From the NCBI RefSeq assembly GCF_006345805.1, contig NC_043008.1, forward strand, positions 75,392,001-75,456,000: 64,000 nucleotides of DNA, written 5' to 3'. Below, one piece after another: positions 1 to 10,989 of the stretch. The translations under genes were made by a program, and so were the position numbers. Source of the DNA: Octopus sinensis. Lineage: Eukaryota. Every line of letters begins with the position of its first letter. Positions within the stretch are counted from its first letter, which is position 1. Under the pieces are notes generated by a model, which did no database searches, was not told the DNA's origin, and worked only from the letters and a program-made list of their open reading frames with translations.

Positions 1-260
1 CTATTAACACCTTTACGATTCCGGAATCAAGTTCTCAGATCACACAAGGCCAAGTATTATGTGTCTACCGAATCGAGCGCACATCACATAGCAACATTCA
101 GAAGAATTTCCTTTTATTAACTCAATGGACACCAGTTTAGTCAACACTATCCTAAGAGATTAAAAAAATGAATGAACTAAAAATACATTTAAGCAGCTCC
201 TGGATAAATTCCTCTAAGAAATACCAGCCAACATACCGACAACTGGATATATTGAGTGAT
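1..260 (+). mobile_element. Possible degraded LINE 3' end (CR1/L2-like)
   Basis: Around 190-240 the + strand reads FKQLLDKFL*EIP, resembling the C-terminal motif of CR1/L2 ORF2; heavily decayed. Confidence 0.3.
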
Positions 261-529
261 CTTGGGTACGACCCTTCAATAAAAGCAAAAATTTATCTTA
301 GTTCCTCAAATCATTATCTAAAGTAATAGAGATTAAATGGAGGAAAACTAGCAATGAAATTAGCGTCGATAAATCTATCTGAAGTATCTTTACATTTTTA
401 TGAAATAATTTTCTATTGATGGCTGTAACTCGCTTACATTCAACTTTCAAACTAGTTTTCTAACTACGGATTGAAATAGAAACCTTTTAGTGTAATAATT
501 TGTTAAACCACTTATCCAACACTTCCTAT

Positions 530-570
<41 letters not shown>

Positions 571-1694
571 CGTGTGTGTGAGTGCGTATGCGTGTTGTGT
601 GTGTATACATCTTTTCATATATATATACACTCTCGCGCGCACACACGCACGCACACATATACATATATACATTATATATCCATATGTGAGTGTGTATGAG
701 CGTATATTAACACAAGTTGATATTAATGTTAACATGGAGAAGCATATTCAAGCGATGTCAGAAATTGTCCCGATAATGGAAATTGCTTTAGGGTAAGCTA
801 TGTAATTTGAATTATGGAAATATCATTAATATATGATTTCTTCCATTTTGTTGTCAGTTATATATGGTATGGGAGAGCAATGTACAAGAGGTCGTGACTA
901 GAATAATTGTCACTTTCTTCACATTACATTAATCTGGACCTCCAACATCGTTCAAGTTCAGTGTAAGGGTTTATTCAGATATATTCAGGTTTTATTAATT
1001 AGCATTAATCAATAACATTTTAATTTTTTATGTAGTTTGGGAATGGAACATGCAGACGAATTAGAAATGTCAATTTGGTGTATGAAATGATCTTTTTTGT
1101 TTTCTAATTTTATTCATTTAGATTTTTCAAAATTGATGCTATGAATCAATGGAAATAACGTTTCGTAGTGCAATAACGTTTTTATTACAACATTGCTACA
1201 GTGAAAATAGTCACAAAAGAACTGTGGAATATAGTGGCAAATGATCCCCGTCCCTCATCTAGTCGAATTGTTCAACTTAATGTAAATCATTGGTAACCCT
1301 CACTATGAAACACGTGTGAAATAGCTGTAAAACATAATATGAAGGTGATAAGAATTACATTAATTGTAGAGGAGGGCACGAGCTTGCTTGGAAACTCCTC
1401 TATTTCACCAGGTATATTGGCGAGATGATCGGCAGAATTTATCAATGAGAGACTAATATAGTTCCAATAATTCTGCCATCATATTACACGGCAGCACATT
1501 TTCAGTAATTTTGAAGGGAAGGGTACTAGTTGATACCACCGACCACGGTAACTGGCTGGTACTTTAGTTCATCTACCATTGAGGGTTAAATTCTAAATGT
1601 GCGCTCTGCGAAAATTGAATTCAGGTTTCTGTTCAATAATAATGACAATAATCCGTTCTACTATAGGCACAAGGCCTGAAATTTGGTGTGAAAG

Positions 1695-1734
1695 AGTAAT
1701 AATATTAATAATAATACTAGTAATAATAATAATC

Positions 1735-1785
<51 letters not shown>

Positions 1786-1790
1786 GTAAT
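1695..1790. repeat. (TAA)n microsatellite
   Basis: Directly visible; abuts the 3' end of the minus-strand Tx1-like LINE. Confidence 0.95.
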
Positions 1791-2785
1791 TTCTTTTATT
1801 GGCCACAAGTGTTACATAACGTTATATGAAGAGACAAAGGCAGGATGATGCAAATGGGTTTTTAAAGCGTGTAAACAATAAATAACAGAAAATTAAACAA
1901 ATAAAACTCCCAATGTGGGAGGCGCTTTAAGGCTACTAGTAGAAAACCCCACAAAAGCCACGGGTGTCTGACAAATAGGGCGAGAGCTCTTCTTGTATTT
2001 TTCACAGCCGCATACGCAAAAAGGGTCCTTCAACACTGGCCATTTTCCGACACTCACCCACCTTTCAACAAATTTGCTAGAAGGCAACACTTCCCTCTCC
2101 ACCGTCACTCTTTATTCAAGTAAAACTTTAAAAGATTATGAGGGCCTAGCTACAGAGGTAAGTGCCTGTCTTTAGCCTTTTCAAGCGTATCCACCATACT
2201 AACTCTTTCACTATACTATAGCCACCAGACAAATAAAATTGCCTGCCCCGACCGGCCAAAGGAGAGCGGCAGGGCAATCTTCAATATGAATTCAGGTGAT
2301 AGCCGGATCCATCTACACGTAACAGTAAGTGTTCGACATAAAGCCCACGACTCAGCAATGCTCGGGCACTAGACGAGTTTGTGAAGAACGATTTTGTTGC
2401 TCTGTGCGTACCTCGGGAAGGCTTGGTTGACGGCACTGTCTGTAGAGTTTATCTCGAACTGGCAACGCCTCGCACCTCCGGGAGGACTGCCAAGCGAGGG
2501 ACCTCTGGAAGTTATCCACAACGCTGTTGGACGGCATGGACTTGTTTCTCCAGGTTCCGAGTTAGAAGCCTACTGATTTTTCCGCGTTAAGTTTCGCTCC
2601 TGTCACCGCTTCATATATTTTTAGTGTATCGCCGATCAGGTCTATTTTAGTGTATCGCCGATCAGGCCTGTTTCTCGACACCGGGACGGTGACATCGTCG
2701 GATTAAGCAGGCACGCTTCTCGCACATCCTAGATCACGCGGGATACCCTTCAATACTTCCAGCTTCCGCAGTAGTGACTCAAGAG
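1790..2785 (-). mobile_element. 5'-truncated Tx1/L1-clade LINE (ORF2 C-terminus and 3' UTR)
   Basis: Minus-strand peptides (EALPVRDKLY..., EREVLPSSKFVERWV) are homologous to the C-terminal region of the 11-15 kb element; ends in cttgtggccaataaaagaaa followed by (ATT)n; contains a ~24-bp tandem duplication at 2617-2666. Confidence 0.75.
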
Positions 2786-2789
2786 TCAG

Positions 2790-5066
2790 TATTCGTGATC
2801 ACACTAAATCATAAAATCCCATAAGATCTTTGCATTATAATTTTCGATGATGACTTCGGGTTTATGTTCGTACCGCATTTTTTATGTCAAGTTGCTAAGT
2901 GTGCAATGGACAATCATTGCTATATTACCATGACATCCCTTATATTCTTTCTGCGCTAGTGGCGTACATTGACTGGTAATATGCCATACTGTTTCACCAT
3001 TTTGTCCAGAAATTCTACACTTACCACTTTCTGATGTGTTGTCTATTCTGTATTTAATGTAATTTGTTCTTAATGCTTGGTCTTGGGTAGTACAATTTAG
3101 AGCCTCTGTTTCCGGTTTTAAGTCACTTTTAGTCATCCATAGCCATCTTTTTTCTTTGCCTGTCTTATCTTCAACATCCCTGTGAAATTGTCCATGCATT
3201 CTTTTCTTCATCCACCTGTTTTCAAAGCTATCAACGCCCAGGTGTTGATAGCTTCTATCGTATTCCGTCCGTTTAATTTCGACTTGAGGATCAGTCTCAG
3301 TCTGCACAAGTACTCCAACTAAAATAATCTTTCTCCTTCAATTTATCCATTTCCAATATTCCCAAGTACTTATAGCCCCTCTCTTCTATCTTTTTCATAA
3401 AATCATACGACGGTATCGCTAGCCCGTCCATACATTTAATTTTGCCTCTCTTCAAGTTTAACACACCACATTTATTCAGTCCGAACTACATTCTGATATC
3501 AGTACTGAAAGTATATTCCGTACCAACGAGGGAACTGACTTAGATTCATCTATACCATAAAGTTTGATGTCATCCATGAATAACAAGTGGTGGACTTTTT
3601 GTTGGTGACTTTTGAATACATACTCAGCTTTTGATTTCCTCAGAATCTGTGTTTGTGGTATCATGCACAGTACAAAGATCAGGGGGGAGGGGGCAAACAG
3701 TCCCCTTGGAAGACGCCTCTACTGATTTCTATTGTTCCTAAACTCCTTCCATATGCTGCCAGTTCCGTTCTCAACTTTGACATACTTTTTCTAAGCAATC
3801 GTTCATCATTCAATGCCAAGAATTTGGGACCATATCGTATGCCATACGATAATGGAACCATGACATAGCTAAGTTAGTTCCCCTCCTCTTGCATTCTCTA
3901 AGTACTGTTTTGTCTATCAGAAGTTGATCCTTGGTACTTATGCCTACAATGCTTCTGCTCATGTGGCAGGACTCCATTTTTTCCAGATGTCCGTACATTG
4001 ACTCTGCAACTATTCCAGTCAATAATTTGCACATAAGGATATCGGCCTGTAATTGTCTACCGGATGGCCTTTTTTCGATGGTTTTCAAGGACAGAACTGT
4101 CCTACTCATTGTCAACCACTCTGGTGTTACATGATCGGCATTTAACAAGGTGTTGAGTCGTGCAGCTCTTCGTGCATGACACTCACTAAATCTTTTGAGC
4201 CAGTAGCCTTAAACCTCATCTGGCCCTGGAGCCTTCCAGTTGTCCATAATTTTGCTAATTTCCTTCACTTCCCTAACTAGTTGTCTGTTATGGACAGACT
4301 ACTGCTTGTTTACGTTCTTGCATCCATTCAGCATATACTTCCTCTATTACTACTTTCAGGTGCTTTCTTTCGCTATAATACTTCTTGCTCAGTGTAATTT
4401 TGTTAGCGTTTCAGCTCCCCACTTCACTTTTCGTTCTAACATAGAAATGTCCTTCGAGTGCATGTGTAACCCCGCCTGCATTCTTCTTTTCCAGCATGGA
4501 TCTTTTCTTTTGTCACTCCCATTATCTTTCCTTTTCTTGACATGAAGACCCACATTTTCTTCTACAACAATTCTTGCTGCCTTGATCAACTTATTTGCTT
4601 CCGTGATGTATTTGTTCTGATGTATTTCAGAATTTCATTGACATTTTTCGTTTCTTGTTTTAATTTCTACCCATCAACCTTTTTGAGGTCACAAATAATG
4701 CCGCTATCATTCTCCTGTAGCCTTGCTTTTATTCTGTTGTAGATTTATTGTTGCTCATCTGTTATGCCATCATTAGTATTATTGTCTTTTTCCAGACTAT
4801 CTATATGTCTCTGATCGAGCAAGCTATCACTGTTCCTTTCCTGTGGTTTATTGGATATTTCACTTCTGTTTTCTGATATGAGGTTACTTTTATCAGTAAG
4901 ATCTGCATTTTTATCGTTTCCTCTGCTGCTATTTTCTAATACCCGTCTTTTGATAGCTTCGAGCTCTACTTCTGTTAACCTACGATTTTTTTCTTTTTGC
5001 TCTAGCTTGATCACATAATCTCTGTTCATTGAGTTGAAACAATCCTCTTTCTCTCCATTGATCATA
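2790..5066 (-). mobile_element. Degraded R4/Dong-type RLE non-LTR retrotransposon, copy A
   Basis: Fragments: TKDQLLIDK...NLAMSW, AYDMVP, RGVFQGDCL, HLLFMDDIKLY (RT catalytic), MHGQF...LKPETEAL, CR..G...ETVWHITSQC (CCHC), ILWDF; many frameshifts; both ends truncated. Confidence 0.85.
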
Positions 5067-5069
5067 CAT

Positions 5070-5072
5070 TAC

Positions 5073-5158
<86 letters not shown>
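5070..5158. repeat. (TAA)n microsatellite separating two Dong-like copies
   Basis: Directly visible. Confidence 0.95.
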
Positions 5159-5159
<1 letters not shown>

Positions 5160-6923
5160 TCTCTTTATCACAAATTCTGTAGGACTTCCTGGAGTTTTTC
5201 ATGTAGGATGGACTTGCTATCCGTTCGTTCTTTCCATCTGTCTAATACTTTACTGATTGCCGTATCAAGGAGGCAAAACTGTGGTAACAGTTCTACTGAG
5301 CAGTCTATTCCAATTACATTTATAATACCCTAGCCGGGCTATTTTGTACTTATGTGGTTTGTATTTATCTATATTTTTGCTTTCCTTCTTGACCATTCGT
5401 GGGTCAAAAAGTCATGCAACATCAATCAACTATATAGCATACGTGGTCCACCTCGTCCACCACCACTCGGTTCAGTCTGTTATGCTCAAGCACCCGATCT
5501 CTTTGGATTGGGAAATCTCAGAGGATATTGCTAGTCTCCGACTCCGCCACTCTCAGCAATTTGTGCTAATACCACGTTTTGCCTCTTTCTAACCCTTAGA
5601 GGTTCCGCTACCTGATTGTGTCAGCACTTGTAGTGGCTCTGGGCAAGTCTAGAGCATATGTTCGTAATATGAGCAATGGTTTCAGCCACTCTATTACAGA
5701 TGCAGCACAGCGGAGACACTTGCTCATTCTTAAGGTTGGCCCTCCATTTTGAGTCTAAATTCCATCTTAATATCATTGAATAAAATCCGCACAGAGTAGA
5801 CTATGTTGTCCTGTTCTGCCTCAGATTCATGTACGACCTGCTTCAGGGACACACTATCCCTCTGGAAGATTCCTCTCTTGATTTTCACCTCTCATAATAC
5901 TTTATTCCCTGCAGTCAATTCCGTTCTCCATCACTTCATGCTTTTCCATGTCGGGCTTCTTATATTCTCTGCTACTCCATACATTTCCATTGTTCATATT
6001 ATCCAGGAGTGTGGTATCATACCGTATGCTTTACGACAGTAAACCCATGCTATGCTCAGGTTTGTGTGCTTTCTCTTACACATTCTTGATAATTAGAATA
6101 TCATGTAAATGCAGATCCTTCGTTCCTCGGCTCCTTTTTCGGCACCCTTTCTGTTCAATAGGTGGCAGCCCACTCTCTTTCCAAATATCTATATAGTTCA
6201 CTGGCCAAAGCACCTGACATTAGCGGAAGGTACGTTTCTGGTATGAAGTTCGATGCAACATTTCCTTTTTCAGGATACTTTTCACTGCGCCTTCCTGCAA
6301 ACACTAATCTAGTTGTTGCACTATCCTTTCTTGGAGCACTCTCAGCTTCTTCCTCCAATAACTTTAGACACATCTGGTCTTGGTCTCTTCCAATTTTGAA
6401 ATTTTCTCATCTGCTTTTTTATCATTGCTGTAGTTATTTTGACGTCTTCTTGGACTTCTAAATATCTTAACCTATCTTGGATTTCATGCAGCCACCCCAC
6501 TTCATCATTAAGCTCTGCACGTTGGTCCAAGATCCCTCACCAGAATGCCCTACTTTCCTTTGCATCTGGTATGATTGTTACAGTTTCTTCTGATTTGTTT
6601 CAACCAATCCCTTTTGCCTGAGTTGTTTTCTTCTATTGCCATATCTTTCCAGTTTGATTGCCACTACTCTTTATTTCAATTCTTCCAATACCATATCATG
6701 CCCTTTATCTCTTATTCTGTATGTTCTTTAGGGCATCATGCTTTCGTTTTGTTATTCCCCTCTTTTCAGTCTATCAACTTGCCATAAATGTCTTTTAAAA
6801 TTTGTTTCTCATAAATTCCTCTACGACAGAATGGTCCTTTACGCTCTCTTAGTTCTCTTCTTTTGTATCTAACCTTATCTGCAACAACCATTGCTACAAC
6901 CCAAATCTTGTTAGTTTCATTTA

Positions 6924-8213
6924 CGAGGGTCGTTCAATAAGTAATGCCTCTGACCCACTTGTCATTGTTTGATCTAGCTGAAATTTTGCATGTACAATTC
7001 TTTATATTACTATAGATTACGTGGCAAATTACAGCTCCGAACTAACTGTGGTGTCTGATTTACAGGTGTTTGAAATGAGTCAAGTGGGAAATGGAGCCTG
7101 TTAAGTGTCGAGCAGTGATACGGTTTTTGTATTTGAAATGACGCACACCACAGGAGACTTTTGATGAAATGAAAGTAACTTTATGATGATGCCCCATCAT
7201 ATGACTTTGTAAAACGCTGGCATCGTGAATTCAAACATGGTCGGAACTCTGTGGAAACAGCTCCCAGATCTGGTCGCACCTCTTCTGCCATTGATGAGGC
7301 ATCTGTCCGTCAAGTTGAGGCTGCCATTTTGGAAGATCGACGCATAACTATTCGCCAAATAGCCTATGAGGTCAAGATTAGTACCGGGTCTGTGGAAACT
7401 ACCATTCATGACCATTTGCATATGCAAAATGTGTCTGCCAGATGGATTCCCAGGCTGCTCACACTTTTCCAGAAGCAAGAACGCGTCGAGTGCTCGAGGA
7501 TGAATTTAGGGATGTGCCATGAAGATGAGTCAAAATTTTTCAAAAGACTGATTACACAGGATGAGACCTGGGTCTATCACTATGATCCAGAGACCAAAGC
7601 CCAGTCACTGCAGTGGAAGCACCATGACTCACCTCCTCCAAAGGAGGCAAGGGTGCAGCCTTCCGCTGGCAAGGTCATGCTCACAGTCTTCTGGGACCAG
7701 AACGGAGGGGTGATGACAGATTTCCTGGCAAAGGGTACCACAATTACAGGAGCCTATCATGCTTCACTTTTGAGGAAATTAAGAGAAGCTATCAAAACCA
7801 AGAGGCGGGGCAAGATCAGCAAAGGCATCCTCCTCCTGCAGGACAACGCTCCGGTTCACAACTCGCGTGTCGCCAGATCAGAAGCACAGGCGTGCGGCTA
7901 TGAACTCTTCCCCCATTCCCCTACTCTCCTGACCTTGCACCCTCTGATTTTCACCTCTTCCCAGCCATGAAGTTGTTTTTGAAAGGAAAGCGTTTCCCAG
8001 ATGATGCAGCCTTGATTTCTGAAGTCATGTCGTGGTTGGAGGACAAAGCTGGGGTCTTCTACGAAAACGGTCTCCAGAGCTGCATCAAACGATGGGAGAA
8101 ATGCATAACTCTGGGTGCTTCCTATGTAGAAAAAGACTAATAACTGTGCCACGTTTCGTTGCTCTACTGCTATGGGAAGTGGATCAGGGGCATTACTTAT
8201 TGAACGCTCCTCG
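6924..8213 (+). mobile_element. mariner (DD34D) DNA transposon, copy 1
   Basis: TIRs cgagggtcgttcaataagtaatgcc / ggcattacttattgaacgctcctcg; TA duplication at 6922-6923 and 8214-8215; 1290 bp. Confidence 0.97.
7091..8140 (+). pseudogene. mariner transposase pseudogene
   Basis: WIPRLL, ITQDETW, LQDNAP and (frameshifted) YSPDLAPSDFHLF with 34 residues between D2 and D3; stop at 7138-7140, frameshifts near 7180 and 7920. Confidence 0.95.
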
Positions 8214-9604
8214 TATATTTCTCTCCTGGAATAGCTCAAGGACCGAATTTATCTTTTCGGTTTCAACTTTGAGCTTGCGTCGATTAATGTTTTTCAGAAT
8301 GAGGGAGCTTGATCCTGGTCTTCTCTAATATATCGGCACAATATCCTCACTATATAATGTTGGTCTTCCTCGTGATATAGCTCTTCTTATTACTTCTGCT
8401 TCATTTGCTGGGAATGCATTTACATTTACACTTTACTCTACGTCTTCACTGCTGCCATTCATTTCTTTGTTCTTACTGGGCACGTTATCAGTTAGTGAAG
8501 TATTATTTCCACTTTACTTTTTATCTATTCAATTTCCATGTCGGTTAGCCAAACTTTTGCTCTTACTGCTCTTACCTGGTCGGTTAACTGTTGCTCACTT
8601 TTTACGAAGAGTCCTATTTCAATTAATTTTGCACTTATTTGTTGTCGGAATCCTTTCTACTGGATTCACTTCTGATACAGCATTCAATTACCGTTCGGTT
8701 TGACTCCTTATCCCACCTTCTTTGCATCTGGCTTTTTGGACAAATAGTCTCTGGAAGACGACCGGGCCTGCGCTGCTCAATCACAGGGTACCTACCGAGC
8801 GAAAGGCTTTCCTCTTTGGTTCCAGCCTCATTAGCACCGTTATTTGATACATTTGTATTAGACATTATCACTCTAAAATGAGGTTTGTGTTTTAAGGTTA
8901 GCCACCAACTGTTATTTTTATAGAGATACCATCACTTGTAAGATTGCCAACTAAGAACGCCGAGCTCTTACTACCTATAAGTTGGGCCTGTTCCCTTCGC
9001 ATTTTTGTGAGTTGGGGACCATTATCATGATTCTCACTAGGAGACAAGTGAACATCAGTTGGTCTCGTATCGTCATCCATATATTGTTCCGGAGTTAAAT
9101 CGCAACTTGTGGTTCATTCGCCGACACCCCAGGCATGGAGCCGTTGGACACTGCCAGTTTGTCACCACTGTTACTAAGGAGTCCTAGCTACTCCAGCTTT
9201 TAAATCATAGAGTTCCTTCTCTTAGACAGACTGCCAACCAAGGCTCACGAGTTCTGTCTTGCCATTTTCAGAATAGCCATAGATTCTTCTGAGTTCCACT
9301 GCCCTTAGTGGTGTTGCCGGCTTACTGGCAGACGAATCGGCGGTTTCACAATCCCACATGTTAATCTTTCAGGATTATTATTTACTTGTTCACTATTAGT
9401 ACAACAATCCCTACCTTATTATTTACTTGTTTACTTCTATAGTTTCACTGTTATTACTATAAAGCCTAGAGGTCCTAATATTTTCTCCCCTGATTTCTTT
9501 AGTCAACAAATGATGGCAGATTTACGGCTGTTGGTTTATCCACTGATGTTGCTGCAGTGTTAAATAGGGGAGCAGGTTGTTGTATTTATCAATACATTGT
9601 TATT

Positions 9605-9790
9605 ATTACCTCCGCCAAGGAAGGAGGTTATGTTTTCATCGGCGTTGGTTTGTCCATCTGTCTGACTGTGTGCAAAATAACTCAAAAAGTTGTGAACGGT
9701 ATTTGATTAAACTTGCAGGAAAAGTTGGTAATGGCACAAGAAACACATGTTGACATTTTGGTAGTGATCCGGGACTTTTTATGGATTCTT
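9605..9790 (+). mobile_element. Short non-autonomous element, Helentron/HINE-like 5' part
   Basis: Begins ttacctccgccaagg..ggaggttatgttttc followed by a gtct-like microsatellite, the layout of DINE-1/HINE-type elements; family assignment is from memory. Confidence 0.45.
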
Positions 9791-9797
9791 GTCATTA

Positions 9798-9799
<2 letters not shown>

Positions 9800-9882
<83 letters not shown>

Positions 9883-9890
9883 TATTATTA

Positions 9891-9921
<31 letters not shown>

Positions 9922-9941
9922 CATCATCATCATCATCATCA

Positions 9942-10038
<97 letters not shown>

Positions 10039-10045
10039 TATTTAA
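9800..10045. repeat. Compound (ATT)n/(CAT)n microsatellite
   Basis: Directly visible. Confidence 0.95.
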
Positions 10046-10059
10046 TTATTTAAAAAAAT

Positions 10060-10306
10060 ATTATTATCTTATTCCTGGTAGGATTTATGTGGCTAGCAAG
10101 TTACTACCTGTAACCTTATGTATCCACAAGTTTTCAGTATTCTTTCAAGTTATTAGAATCCTATTATTATTTTTTCGTACCTTTTGTATGCTATGCATAT
10201 GTCTCTTCCTGTGTATACTGTGTATACTTTTAAAATTATTATATGTAAACCTGTCTGTCTCTGTATTGTCCCCCTCATCCTTCGCCCTTGTGGCAAATAA
10301 ATGAAA
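10060..10306 (+). mobile_element. Tx1-like LINE 3' UTR fragment
   Basis: Ends gtattgtccccctcatccttcgcccttgtggcaaataaa, nearly identical to 15307-15345; bounded by trinucleotide repeats on both sides. Confidence 0.7.
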
Positions 10307-10989
10307 ACATCATCATCATTGTTGTTGTTGTTGTTGTTATTATTATGGCCGTCAGCCTGTGAAGACAAACAGGTTGGAGCTCGTAATTTGTAAGTATTTC
10401 GGCTAGTTGCAGCTCGTTCATTCAAAATACTACTTAACAAGTACTTTGCTTGCATTGCCTGGATCCTGGTGGTAACATTATGCGTAATTTCATCCCTTTT
10501 TGGCGGGGTGTAATAATTGTTTTACATTACTGTGAAAACAATTTTATTAATTTTTCCCATTTTAAAAGATGTCGCATTACGAAAAAATAGTAATTGACCA
10601 GCGTTCAAAAGAGCAGCGTTCTGTTGTAACTCTGAACACAAACGCAGCCGAAGGTGAAATTAATTTCTCTCCAAAGAGAGATATAATTTCCTCTTGTTGC
10701 TAAGACGACAGTAACAAGTGCAAAAGTACTAGTAGCAATGAAAATAACGACAACAACGACAAGACCAACAGCAACAATGGGAAAAGCAGCAGCACACCAC
10801 CACCACCACCACTACAAACAGCAGAAACAACAACGAAAACGACGTCGACAACAATAACAGCAACAGCAGCAGTAGCAATAATAGCACAATGAACCTCAAC
10901 AAAGCTAATTCCTTTTCTAAAGCCGTTAGCAATTGGACCATTTTTTCAGTGGATGACTTGAAGAATAAGACACTGAAATACAATTAGGA

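Larger units (their letters stand above)
5160..9330 (-). mobile_element. Degraded near-full-length R4/Dong-type LINE, copy B, interrupted by a mariner
   Basis: N-terminus MSNTN...RRWDKESNRTVIECCIRS (8635-8871), RT-region pieces (PEKGNVASNFIPETYLPLM; MRKFQNWK), RLE-region motif near 5500-5530; 3' end runs into (TAA)n; internal deletions. Confidence 0.8.
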
